Assembly (NCBI GenBank): GCA_003345595.1
Contig: PRDI01000018.1
Location: forward strand, 1 to 15,889
Reading direction: 5' to 3'
DNA: 15,889 bases
From: Candidatus Thorarchaeota archaeon
Lineage (GTDB): Archaea > Asgardarchaeota > Thorarchaeia > Thorarchaeales > Thorarchaeaceae
Part shown: in pieces, positions 1-7,885 of the stretch
Numbering within the stretch: the stretch's first letter is position 1
Layout of the letters: the number at the start of each line of letters is the position of its first letter
Program-made: the position numbers and the translations under genes
Notes under the pieces: model-generated
What the model saw: the letters and a program-made list of their open reading frames with translations, nothing else
Told to the model about the DNA's origin: nothing
Database searches by the model: none

Positions 1-515
1 TTCAAACGGTTCCTTCTTGCGTTGAGGTATTGTAGCATCCTGCACGAACTTAAGGGACTCAAGTCCAATTCGTCCAAGGACCTGGCCTCTTGTAGGATGA
101 TCTCCTTGAGCAATGTGCATTTGGCGAGGGGCGTCAGGTCGATCTTCCCGATTTTGTTGCCCCACAGTAGCAGTCGTTCCAGGTTCGTGCAGAAACTCAG
201 TGGGCTCAAGTTCAGCCTCTCAAGAGCCGTTCTTACAAGTTCGATTGACCTGAGATTCACGCAAGAACTGAGGGGGGTAAGGTCTATGCTTTGCAGCGGG
301 CTGAATTCTATATGCAACAGCTGTAGATTCGGAAGTGCCGCAAGAGGGGTCAGGTCAATGCTTGTGATGGCATTCATGTCCGAAATCACTAGCGTTCTCA
401 AATCGCCAGTCGGAGCGATGGACCCGTAAGACCAGATCCAGATTGCTTCTAGGTCGTCAGTCATCTGAGCCGTTTCAACATGACGACCCATTCTGTACTT
501 GAGAACGTATCTCAT
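1..515 (-). CDS. Leucine-rich repeat protein (partial, 3' end runs off the window)
   Basis: Hand-translated minus frame from ATG at 515, open to position 1: MRYVLKYRMGRHVETAQMTDDLEAIWIWSYGSIAPTGDLRTLVISDMNAITSIDLTPLAALPNLQLLHIEFSPLQSIDLTPLSSCVNLRSIELVRTALERLNLSPLSFCTNLERLLLWGNKIGKIDLTPLAKCTLLKEIILQEARSLDELDLSPLSSCRMLQYLNARRNRL. Five roughly 24-aa repeats with LxxLxL and (I/L)DL(T/S)PL. An upstream in-frame TGA lies at 546-548. Absent from the ORF track because it has no stop in the window. Confidence 0.9.
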   Translation of the reverse strand, partial: MRYVLKYRMGRHVETAQMTDDLEAIWIWSYGSIAPTGDLRTLVISDMNAITSIDLTPLAALPNLQLLHIEFSPLQSIDLTPLSSCVNLRSIELVRTALERLNLSPLSFCTNLERLLLWGNKIGKIDLTPLAKCTLLKEIILQEARSLDELDLSPLSSCRMLQYLNARRNRL

Positions 516-841
516 GGTCTGCACCAGTCGGGATGCTGCACTTCCTCACGCGGAGGGGAGTGTATTGATGCCTTAGTCGAAGGATCATGTTTTCTCACCT
601 TGGAGAATGATGGCTTCTCAGGCATGAAACTTGATGATGTATTGCCCCTAGACCTAATAAGCTCGCACGCATGAAATCTCAGCAGCCGACAATTCCTCTG
701 CTATCCATTGAGCGTGCGATGTGGTATAGCGGGAGCATAGGTTATTGGGTGCCGCGTTCCGGATGATTCGAGAACAAAGATAAAAGGAAGGTGTCTTCCC
801 GACCTTCAGGACTCGATTCACTATCTTAGAGGCGCTAGGAC

Positions 842-1756
842 TTGACAGGGACGGAGATTGATGATAAACGCATAACGCTCGAAGAAGCAGCACGCATAGT
901 CCCGGACGGCGCACATCTGTTTTGGGGAGGTTTCGGGTACCAGCGAGCACCAATCGCATTTGCTCGTGAACTCGTACGCCAGAAGAAGAGGGGCCTCACG
1001 ATTTACACTTGTGGCTCGGAGGTCGACCTCGAGATAATGGTGGGCGCCGGTGTTGCCACGCGATTTGACATAGCGTTCACAGCGATCGAGGCCCTCGGTC
1101 TTGCTAACAACATGCGGAGGAGAGTGGCTGAGGGAAAGGCTCAGGTCGAAGACTACAGCAATCTCGCGATGGCTATGCGATTCATGGGCGGGGCGCTTAA
1201 TGTCCCATTCATGCCGATAAGGAGCCTCATGGGAACAGACATGGTCCAATACTCTCGATACCGGGGCGACAAGAAGCTGAAGGTGATTGACTGCCCGTTC
1301 ACAGGCGAAAAGATATGTCTGGTTCCATCAGCGAAACCCGACTTCAGTATCATACATGTCCAAAGAGTTGACAAGACAGGGAATGCTCAGATCGATGGTA
1401 TAGTCGGCGAGGATCTTGAGGGGGCCCGCTGTGGTAAGAAACTGATTGTGCTTGCGGAGGAGCTGATTGACGTGGATGAGGTACGGTCGCGGCCCGACCA
1501 GACAAAGATACCCGCGATGTACGTTAGTCATGTTGTTGTGGCTCCGTTCATAGCCCATCCAGTGCAGTGCCATAACTATTACGACTACGACCTTGAGCAT
1601 CTCATGATGTTCCACAAGATGACCAAGACTGAAGAGGGATGGCAGGAGTATCTGAAGAGTTTCATACTTGATGTGGAGAACCACTACGAGTACCTGAACC
1701 ATGTGGGCTGGGAGCATCTGATGAGTCTAAGGGCAAAGAAACCGTGGGGGTACTGA
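842..1756 (+). CDS. gctA: Family I CoA-transferase subunit A (glutaconate CoA-transferase alpha-like)
   Basis: GGFGYQRAPIAFARELVRQ, EDYSN..MAMRF.GGA..VPF.P.RSL.GTD, CPFTGE, IIHVQRVD..GNAQI and AHP..C..YYDYD motifs. TTG start. Substrate cannot be determined. Confidence 0.85.
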   Translation: MTGTEIDDKRITLEEAARIVPDGAHLFWGGFGYQRAPIAFARELVRQKKRGLTIYTCGSEVDLEIMVGAGVATRFDIAFTAIEALGLANNMRRRVAEGKAQVEDYSNLAMAMRFMGGALNVPFMPIRSLMGTDMVQYSRYRGDKKLKVIDCPFTGEKICLVPSAKPDFSIIHVQRVDKTGNAQIDGIVGEDLEGARCGKKLIVLAEELIDVDEVRSRPDQTKIPAMYVSHVVVAPFIAHPVQCHNYYDYDLEHLMMFHKMTKTEEGWQEYLKSFILDVENHYEYLNHVGWEHLMSLRAKKPWGY

Positions 1757-1768
1757 GGAGGGTCTAGT

Positions 1769-2542
1769 ATGGTCAAGTGCAGCAAAATAGAGTTCTTAGC
1801 GGCAGTGGCTTCTACTCACGTTCGTGATGGCGAGAATGTCTTTGGCGGTACCGGGCTTCCACTCCTCGCCTCGTTGCTGGCAAAGGAAACTCACGCCCCT
1901 CACGCCAACCTCATATCTGAGGCGGGGTTCATAGATGCTCGACCACGAAATGTTCCCCTGTCCGTTGCCGACTCGAGGTTCTATTACGGCTGCTCAGCAT
2001 CAATAGGGCTCATTGAAACGCTGGGCTTCATACTGCAGGCAGGCAGAGTGGATGTGGGTTTCCTAGGTGCCGCGCAGATAGACGAGTATGGCAATCTGAA
2101 CACTACATACATAGGCTCATTCGACAAGCCCAAGATCAAGCTACCCGGTAGTGGCGGAGGCAACGACATCGCCTCATCAGCCAAGCGTCTCATAATCATC
2201 ATGACGCATGAGAAGAGGAAGTTCGTGAAGAAGCTGGATTACTTCACGAGCCCTGGTCACTTAGAGGGCCCCGGCTCAAGGAAGAAATGGTCGATGGTCG
2301 GTGGTGGGCCAAGTGTTGTCATTACCGACAAGTGTCAATTCGACTTCGACCCGAAGACACTCAAGATCAGGCTAATGTCGGTGCACCCTGGATTCACGGT
2401 CAAGGACATACTCGATGACGTCATGTTTGATGTGATAGTCCCCGACCGCGTTCCAACGACGAAGGAGCCCACTCAGGAACAAATCGACATTATGCATCGT
2501 CTGGATCCCAATGGAATCTACCTTGCCAAGGGCGGCGAGTAG
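1769..2542 (+). CDS. gctB: Family I CoA-transferase subunit B (glutaconate CoA-transferase beta-like)
   Basis: GTGLP, ISEAG (candidate catalytic Glu), GFLGAAQIDEYGNLN, LPGSGGGNDIAS, VITD and SVHPG motifs. GGAGG Shine-Dalgarno upstream of the ATG. Confidence 0.88.
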   Translation: MVKCSKIEFLAAVASTHVRDGENVFGGTGLPLLASLLAKETHAPHANLISEAGFIDARPRNVPLSVADSRFYYGCSASIGLIETLGFILQAGRVDVGFLGAAQIDEYGNLNTTYIGSFDKPKIKLPGSGGGNDIASSAKRLIIIMTHEKRKFVKKLDYFTSPGHLEGPGSRKKWSMVGGGPSVVITDKCQFDFDPKTLKIRLMSVHPGFTVKDILDDVMFDVIVPDRVPTTKEPTQEQIDIMHRLDPNGIYLAKGGE

Positions 2543-2551
2543 GTAACGACG

Positions 2552-3295
2552 TTGACAGACTTCAATCTGAGCAGGTTCCAAGCCATCATATTCGACCTCG
2601 ATTCCACCCTTGTGGACACGAAGAGGTATCCATTGAAGGCCAGTGAGTGGACGTTATCTAGGTGTGTACCTGAACCGACGGCAGTGCTTGAGTCCTACGT
2701 CCGAGAGCTTCTCCGGACCTACTACTCCGACATCGATAAGATTCTGAAAGGCGCGCCTTATAGGAGTCCATATGACATTGTCAGAGGTGCAATCCAAATC
2801 AGCCTGAAGTCGCTCGGCGTAAAAGTGAGCCGCTCATTCCTTGATGAGAGTACCGAGTTCTTCAAGCGTCTGCATGTGGAGCTCGCGATGACATACCCGG
2901 GTGTCGAGTCCCTCCTTGAGCGCCTGAAGACAAAAGGAATGAAAATGGGCGTGATCACGAACTCCTTCGATGGTCATGTTCAAGCAATCGTCGAGAAGCT
3001 TGGGCTCTCGCGATTCTTCGATGTGCTTGTGGAATCAGCTGATGTAAAAGCGTACAAGCCAATGCCTGAACCTTTTGAACATGCTCTCCAAGGCCTTAAC
3101 ACGAAGCCTGTGGACACGCTCTATGTAGGCGATGAGTACTATGCAGACGTAGTCGGTGCATGGCGTGTCGGCATGAAGTCCGTCTGGGCTAATGTACGAG
3201 GTCATTCCCTCGAGGAGTCCTTGGCCAAATACGGAAGCGAAACTGCACCTGTGCTGGTTGTGAACTCGGTATCAGAACTGGCCGCCTTCCTGTGA
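2552..3295 (+). CDS. HAD-superfamily hydrolase (subfamily IA)
   Basis: Motif I FDLDSTL, motif II ITNS, motif III KP and motif IV VGD...D..GA. TTG start. Confidence 0.9.
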   Translation: MTDFNLSRFQAIIFDLDSTLVDTKRYPLKASEWTLSRCVPEPTAVLESYVRELLRTYYSDIDKILKGAPYRSPYDIVRGAIQISLKSLGVKVSRSFLDESTEFFKRLHVELAMTYPGVESLLERLKTKGMKMGVITNSFDGHVQAIVEKLGLSRFFDVLVESADVKAYKPMPEPFEHALQGLNTKPVDTLYVGDEYYADVVGAWRVGMKSVWANVRGHSLEESLAKYGSETAPVLVVNSVSELAAFL

Positions 3296-3381
3296 GGCGG
3301 CATCTTCATTATGTACCAAACACACATATTAGGGGTCTGAGGGTTCAAAGCGCTGGCTGTCAAGGACTAGAGGAGTCGTCG

Positions 3382-3834
3382 TTGGACTTGAAGAAGGACA
3401 CGGAGACCAATGGCCCCCTGAGAGCTCGATCTGATTTGGTCGACATTCTCCGACGAAACCCTAACGCCGAGGCGATAGTCGCAGTCATCGAGAGTGAGCT
3501 CCGTGGCATCAAAGACTCCAAATCACGAACGCAGATCTCAAACGCACTCTCAAAGGCCGGAAAGGGTTCGGCTGTCGGAAAGAAAGTGATTGACAATGTG
3601 TTGTTTTGGCTCACAGAAACATCACCCGACGTCCGGCAGATGATTCTTGTCAGGACGATTGAGGACTTGTTGGCCAATCAGGGGTCCCGCGATGTAACGA
3701 TTGCTGCCCTCACCAGGGTGTCTTCCGAAGACAATGTGAAGACAGTCATGGAATGGGCCAACCGCGGTATACTAACAATGAACCAAGCTGTGTATGTCCT
3801 CCTTTATCCAGACTCTACAGCGGCGCTGAGGTAG
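3382..3834 (+). CDS. Hypothetical helical protein (~150 aa)
   Basis: Fills the gap between the HAD gene and the mutase promoter. AGGAG at 3371-3375 precedes an in-frame TTG at 3382, which is a better start than 3292. Amphipathic helical pattern; no family recognised. Confidence 0.7.
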   Translation: MDLKKDTETNGPLRARSDLVDILRRNPNAEAIVAVIESELRGIKDSKSRTQISNALSKAGKGSAVGKKVIDNVLFWLTETSPDVRQMILVRTIEDLLANQGSRDVTIAALTRVSSEDNVKTVMEWANRGILTMNQAVYVLLYPDSTAALR

Positions 3835-3930
3835 ACACCTTGGACGAATCTTGTGATTCGTTCCTTATGAGTTTCCTGAGAGCAGCTCCTGTGTGTTTCG
3901 TCAGTGACCCTGATTGTCGGTGACGTCGCA

Positions 3931-3949
3931 GATGGAAAGCCTTTATATC
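3931..3949 (+). promoter_or_regulatory. Putative archaeal BRE/TATA promoter of the mutase operon
   Basis: Purine-rich GATGGAAAG followed by TTTATAT (3942-3948), about 50 nt upstream of the TTG at 3996. GAGGTG Shine-Dalgarno at 3985-3990. Confidence 0.55.
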
Positions 3950-3995
3950 GTCACTCTGAAGCCTTGCATGTCTATCACGAACCTGAGGTGGGCCC

Positions 3996-4397
3996 TTGAG
4001 TTCGCCGAAGAGAATCCGCGTACTTGTCGCCAAGCCCGGCCTTGATGGCCATGATCGTGGAGCCAAGGTTGTTGCAAGAGCGCTTCGCGATGCAGGGATG
4101 GAAGTAGTGTACACAGGTCTTCGACAGACCCCTGAAATGATCGTTGAGGCCGCAATACAGGAGAGTGTTCATGTCATAGGTCTGAGCATTCTCAGTGGTG
4201 CTCACAATGCTCTTCTCCCGAGAGTAACGGAGCTTCTCCACAAGGAAGGAGCCGATGATATCCTGGTGATCGCTGGCGGCATCATCCCTGAGGACGACGT
4301 ACCCGGACTCAAGAAGCATGGAATTGCTGAGGTCTTCGGCCCCGGTACAAGGTTGTCTGAGATTGTGGACTACATCAAGGCCCATGTCAAGCTCTAG
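3996..4397 (+). CDS. mcmA2: Methylmalonyl-CoA mutase, cobalamin-binding (small) subunit
   Basis: [12 protein letters not shown] (DxHxxG base-off/His-on motif), [21 protein letters not shown] and FGPGT. Confidence 0.95.
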   Translation: MSSPKRIRVLVAKPGLDGHDRGAKVVARALRDAGMEVVYTGLRQTPEMIVEAAIQESVHVIGLSILSGAHNALLPRVTELLHKEGADDILVIAGGIIPEDDVPGLKKHGIAEVFGPGTRLSEIVDYIKAHVKL

Positions 4398-4421
4398 GAC
4401 TGGCTTGAGAGGACGGACAGA

Positions 4422-5408
4422 TTGTCAGCCACACAGTTGGTAGAGGGAGTGCTTAGCGGCAATAGGAGAGACCTAGCTCGCCTGATCTCCTTGATTGAAG
4501 ACGAGGAGCCGTCGGTTCCAGAGGCTCTCGGTCAGCTCTACAGGCACACAGGTCGAGGACACATTGTTGGCATTACTGGTCCTCCCGGTTCAGGTAAGAG
4601 TACACTCGTCACCCGAATGACAACGGAATATCGGACGAGAAACAAGACGGTTGGGATTGTGTGTGTTGACCCCTCAAGTCCTTTCACTGGTGGAGCACTG
4701 TTGGGCGATCGAATCAGGATGCAGGAGCATGCGCTGGACAGAGAAGTCTTCGTCCGAAGTATGGGCACGAGGGGCCACCTAGGAGGACTTGCAAGAGCGA
4801 CTTCTGACGCAGTTCGTGCCATTGATGCTTTTGGGAAGGACATTATCATCGTCGAAACCGTCGGTGCTGGTCAGTCGGAGGTGGAAGTCATCGACATTGC
4901 CCACACCATCTTGGTGATTGATGTGCCGGGTGCTGGCGACGACATCCAAGCAATTAAGGCTGGAATAATGGAAATCGCTGACATATTCGTGGTCAACAAG
5001 TCTGACATGCCAGGTGCAGAAAGAAAGGTGACAGAGATCAACGCCATGCTTGATACTGACCCTCGTGAACGGGCTTGGCGACCTCCTGTTCTCATGACCA
5101 ATGCTCGAGACGGGGAGGGAATTGCCGGGCTCGTAGACACTATTGATGCTCATCGCAAATACCTAGTAGACAGCGGCTTGCTCGCTGAGAAGGGGCTGCA
5201 GAGGAGTCGGGAGGAACTGAAGACCATAATGGAGCACAAGTTGACGACCGAGCTGATGGAGAAGCTAAAGGGGCTGCCAGAGTACGAGCGCGCGATAAAG
5301 AAGATTGCAGACAGAAGCGATGATCCGTACTCAGTTGCTGAGAGGCTCATCACAAAGTTCCTGGCCGACTACGGACGGAGGGTAGCAGAAAGTGAGCGGA
5401 AACGATGA
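4422..5408 (+). CDS. meaB: Methylmalonyl-CoA mutase-associated GTPase MeaB (ArgK/MMAA family)
   Basis: Walker [54 protein letters not shown] and NKSD. Confidence 0.96.
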   Translation: MSATQLVEGVLSGNRRDLARLISLIEDEEPSVPEALGQLYRHTGRGHIVGITGPPGSGKSTLVTRMTTEYRTRNKTVGIVCVDPSSPFTGGALLGDRIRMQEHALDREVFVRSMGTRGHLGGLARATSDAVRAIDAFGKDIIIVETVGAGQSEVEVIDIAHTILVIDVPGAGDDIQAIKAGIMEIADIFVVNKSDMPGAERKVTEINAMLDTDPRERAWRPPVLMTNARDGEGIAGLVDTIDAHRKYLVDSGLLAEKGLQRSREELKTIMEHKLTTELMEKLKGLPEYERAIKKIADRSDDPYSVAERLITKFLADYGRRVAESERKR

Positions 5409-7062
5409 CACCGAAAAGGCCCTCAAGCAGTGGGAGGAGGGCACTGTGTCCAAGACGTTGACCAAGTTCCCTGAGCGAGAGCCGAAGTTCGAAACCATAT
5501 CTGGCGTTCCCGTCAAGCGCCTATACACACCTCTGGACAGTGGCTGTCAGGATTACCAGAGATCACTTGGATTCCCAGGAGAGTTTCCGTTCACCCGTGG
5601 TGTCCAGACAACGATGTACAGGGGTCGGTTCTGGACGATGCGCCAGTATAGTGGTTATGGAACAGCTCGTGAAACGAACCGCAGATTTCGCTTTCTCCTT
5701 GAGCAAGGTCAGACGGGTCTCTCCGTGGCATTTGACTTACCGACTCAGGTTGGCTACGACTCGGATCACCCCATGGCACAAGGTGAAGTGGGCAAGGTAG
5801 GCGTGGCCATAAACTCGATTGCCGACATGGAAGTCCTCTTTGACTCTATTCCCCTTGACAAGGTCAGCACGTCTATGACCATCAATGCTCCTGCGGCAGT
5901 GCTACTCGCGATGTATATTGCTGTGGCAGAGAAGCAGGGCGTACAGATGGACAAGCTAAGAGGGACTATTCAGAACGACATTCTGAAGGAGTACGTTGCC
6001 CGTGGGACCTACATATACCCGCCCAAATCCTCTATGCGTCTTATCACTGACACCTTCAAGTTCTGTTCGGAGAAGATGCCCCTCTGGAATACTATCTCCA
6101 TCAGTGGGTATCATATCAGAGAGGCTGGTTCCACTGCAGCGCAAGAGCTTGCCTTTACCCTTGCCAATGGCATTGCATATGTGGAAGCGGCCGTGAAGGC
6201 AGGGCTGGACATCGACTCGTTTGCATCTCGGTTGTCGTTTTTCTTCGGCTCACACAGTGACTTCTTCGAGGAGATTGCCAAGTTCAGAGCAGCACGGCGA
6301 CTCTGGGCGAAGATAATGAAGGAGCGTTTCAAGGCCAAGGATGACGAGTCCTGCAAGATGAGGTTTCACACTCAGACGGCAGGATGTACATTGACAGCCC
6401 AGCAGCCTGACAACAATGTCGTGAGGGTTACCCTCCAAGCTCTCCAGGCGGTATTAGGAGGAACTCAGTCACTCCACACCAATTCAAGGGATGAGGCGCT
6501 GTCACTGCCTACTGAACAGTCGGTCCAGATAGCCCTCCGCACACAGCAGATTATTGCCCATGAGACCGGAGTAGGCGACACTATCGATCCTATTGCTGGC
6601 TCGTACTATGTGGAATCCCTGACGGATGAAACCGAACGAAGAGCGGAGGAGTACATCCAGAAGATTGATCTAATGGGCGGAGCCATTGCGGCGATTGAGG
6701 CTGGTTTCATGCAGCGTGAGATCCAAGACAGTGCCTACGAGTATCAGAAGCGGGTTGACGCACGAAAGAGGATAGTCGTGGGCGTCAACATGTTCACGGA
6801 AAAGGAGGACCGGGAGTTCGACTACCTGAGAGTAAATCCTGACCTGGAGAAGGAGCAGGTGGTACAGCTGAAGAGACTGAGAGAGAAGCGTGACCATGGG
6901 CTCTGGAAGGAAGCGATGAGAAGCCTGAGGGTGGCGGCGCAGGGTGAGGTAAATCTAATGCCATTCATCATCAGTGCGGTGAAGGCATTTGCCACGGTAG
7001 GTGAGATCTGTGGTGTCCTACGTCAGGTCTGGGGCGAGTACAAGGCTCCAGACATAATGTGA
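5392..7062 (+). CDS. mcmA1: Methylmalonyl-CoA mutase, catalytic (substrate-binding) subunit
   Basis: [58 protein letters not shown] and [13 protein letters not shown]. The Tyr in RQY and Arg in ARG match methylmalonyl-CoA specificity rather than isobutyryl-CoA (Phe/Gln). GTG start overlapping the end of meaB by 17 nt. Confidence 0.95.
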   Translation: MSGNDDTEKALKQWEEGTVSKTLTKFPEREPKFETISGVPVKRLYTPLDSGCQDYQRSLGFPGEFPFTRGVQTTMYRGRFWTMRQYSGYGTARETNRRFRFLLEQGQTGLSVAFDLPTQVGYDSDHPMAQGEVGKVGVAINSIADMEVLFDSIPLDKVSTSMTINAPAAVLLAMYIAVAEKQGVQMDKLRGTIQNDILKEYVARGTYIYPPKSSMRLITDTFKFCSEKMPLWNTISISGYHIREAGSTAAQELAFTLANGIAYVEAAVKAGLDIDSFASRLSFFFGSHSDFFEEIAKFRAARRLWAKIMKERFKAKDDESCKMRFHTQTAGCTLTAQQPDNNVVRVTLQALQAVLGGTQSLHTNSRDEALSLPTEQSVQIALRTQQIIAHETGVGDTIDPIAGSYYVESLTDETERRAEEYIQKIDLMGGAIAAIEAGFMQREIQDSAYEYQKRVDARKRIVVGVNMFTEKEDREFDYLRVNPDLEKEQVVQLKRLREKRDHGLWKEAMRSLRVAAQGEVNLMPFIISAVKAFATVGEICGVLRQVWGEYKAPDIM

Positions 7063-7075
7063 GAGGTGTTGATAC

Positions 7076-7477
7076 TTGATACAGAAGATAGACCACATTG
7101 GGATTGCAGTAACAAGCATCAAGGAAGCCCTTCCTTACTACAGGGACATACTGGGGTTGGAGTACACAGACACTCAGGAAGTAGCAGGGCAGAAAGTACG
7201 TGTGGCCTTTCTCAAGATTGGAGAGAGTCGCATTGAGCTACTTGAGCCCACCGGGCCTGACAGCCCTCTCGCCAAGTTTCTTGAGGCACGCGGAGCAGGG
7301 CTACATCATATTGCTGTGAAGGTTTCTGACATTCAGGCATCACTATCGGATCACAAGAAGGCGGGGTTAAAGCTCATTGATGACGAGCCGCGCATGGGCG
7401 CACATAATATGAAGATAGCATTCGTACATCCGAAGGCCACTTCAGGAGTCCTTCTGGAGCTCTGTCAAAGACCGTAA
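7076..7477 (+). CDS. mce: Methylmalonyl-CoA epimerase (VOC fold)
   Basis: IDHIGIAV, Q.V.VAF, IELLEP, GLHHIA and FVHPKAT.GVLLEL. Lies directly after the mutase. GAGGTG Shine-Dalgarno, TTG start. Confidence 0.95.
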   Translation: MIQKIDHIGIAVTSIKEALPYYRDILGLEYTDTQEVAGQKVRVAFLKIGESRIELLEPTGPDSPLAKFLEARGAGLHHIAVKVSDIQASLSDHKKAGLKLIDDEPRMGAHNMKIAFVHPKATSGVLLELCQRP

Positions 7478-7601
7478 CAAGTACATCGTCTGGATGCCAA
7501 GTACTGCGTGGCGCATCTCCGGTTCTTGGACACAGGACCCCTCTCTTGCATCAGGTTTATCTTGGTCAGACCTCAATAGGAATCGTTTGGAGGTATGTAA
7601 C

Positions 7602-7877
7602 ATGTCAAAGGAAACACCCCAGACTCATTTCGACTTCTACAGGCTGGCGAAGAGCTACGAGAAGACTGGCAGACTTGATGATGCCTTGTCCGCCTATGCC
7701 AAAGCGATAGAGCTGCGTCAAGACTATGCACATGCATGGTTCTACAAAGCACAGCTGCATCAGAGGTTGAAGCAATACAATGAAGCTTTACGCTGTGCAC
7801 AGCGTGCTCTCGAACTTCAACCCGACTGGACAGACCACATCACCAAAATAATCGCTGACTGTAAGTCCAAGATTTGA
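7602..7877 (+). CDS. Small tetratricopeptide-repeat protein (~2 TPRs, 91 aa)
   Basis: FYRLAKSYEKTGRLDDALSAYAKAIELRQDYAHAWFYKAQLHQRLKQYNEALRCAQRALELQPD. GGAGGT at 7589-7594 supports the ATG at 7602 rather than 7494. Confidence 0.88.
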   Translation: MSKETPQTHFDFYRLAKSYEKTGRLDDALSAYAKAIELRQDYAHAWFYKAQLHQRLKQYNEALRCAQRALELQPDWTDHITKIIADCKSKI

Positions 7878-7885
7878 TCTGCGAC

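Noticed and set aside
60-365. 72-nt periodic DNA repeats resembling a CRISPR array or tandem repeat
   Set aside because: The repeats are degenerate at synonymous positions and are fully explained by the LRR protein repeats.
22-429. 135-aa + strand ORF with repeated RGVRS
   Set aside because: It is the antisense shadow of the minus-strand LRR gene; RGVRS(I/M) is the reverse-complement reading of IDLTPL.
480-674. 64-aa + strand ORF in the intergenic region
   Set aside because: It overlaps the LRR start on the opposite strand, has no Shine-Dalgarno and no recognisable motif, and is probably spurious.
600-770. Box C/D sRNA suggested by TGATGA at 632-637
   Set aside because: No suitably placed CTGA box D or terminal stem was found.
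3292-3381. N-terminal extension of the orphan ORF given in the ORF track
   Set aside because: The extension looks like translated intergenic sequence, and the Shine-Dalgarno supports TTG 3382. Similar over-extensions were trimmed for the TPR, MFS, birA and M14 genes.
3835-3995. Possible cobalamin riboswitch upstream of the B12-dependent mutase
   Set aside because: No recognisable B12-box or GGGAA/CCCGC consensus, and the TATA position leaves only a short leader.
5392-7062. Alternative mutase specificity (isobutyryl-, 2-hydroxyisobutyryl- or ethylmalonyl-CoA)
   Set aside because: The RQY Tyr, the ARG Arg and the adjacent epimerase indicate a standard methylmalonyl-CoA mutase.
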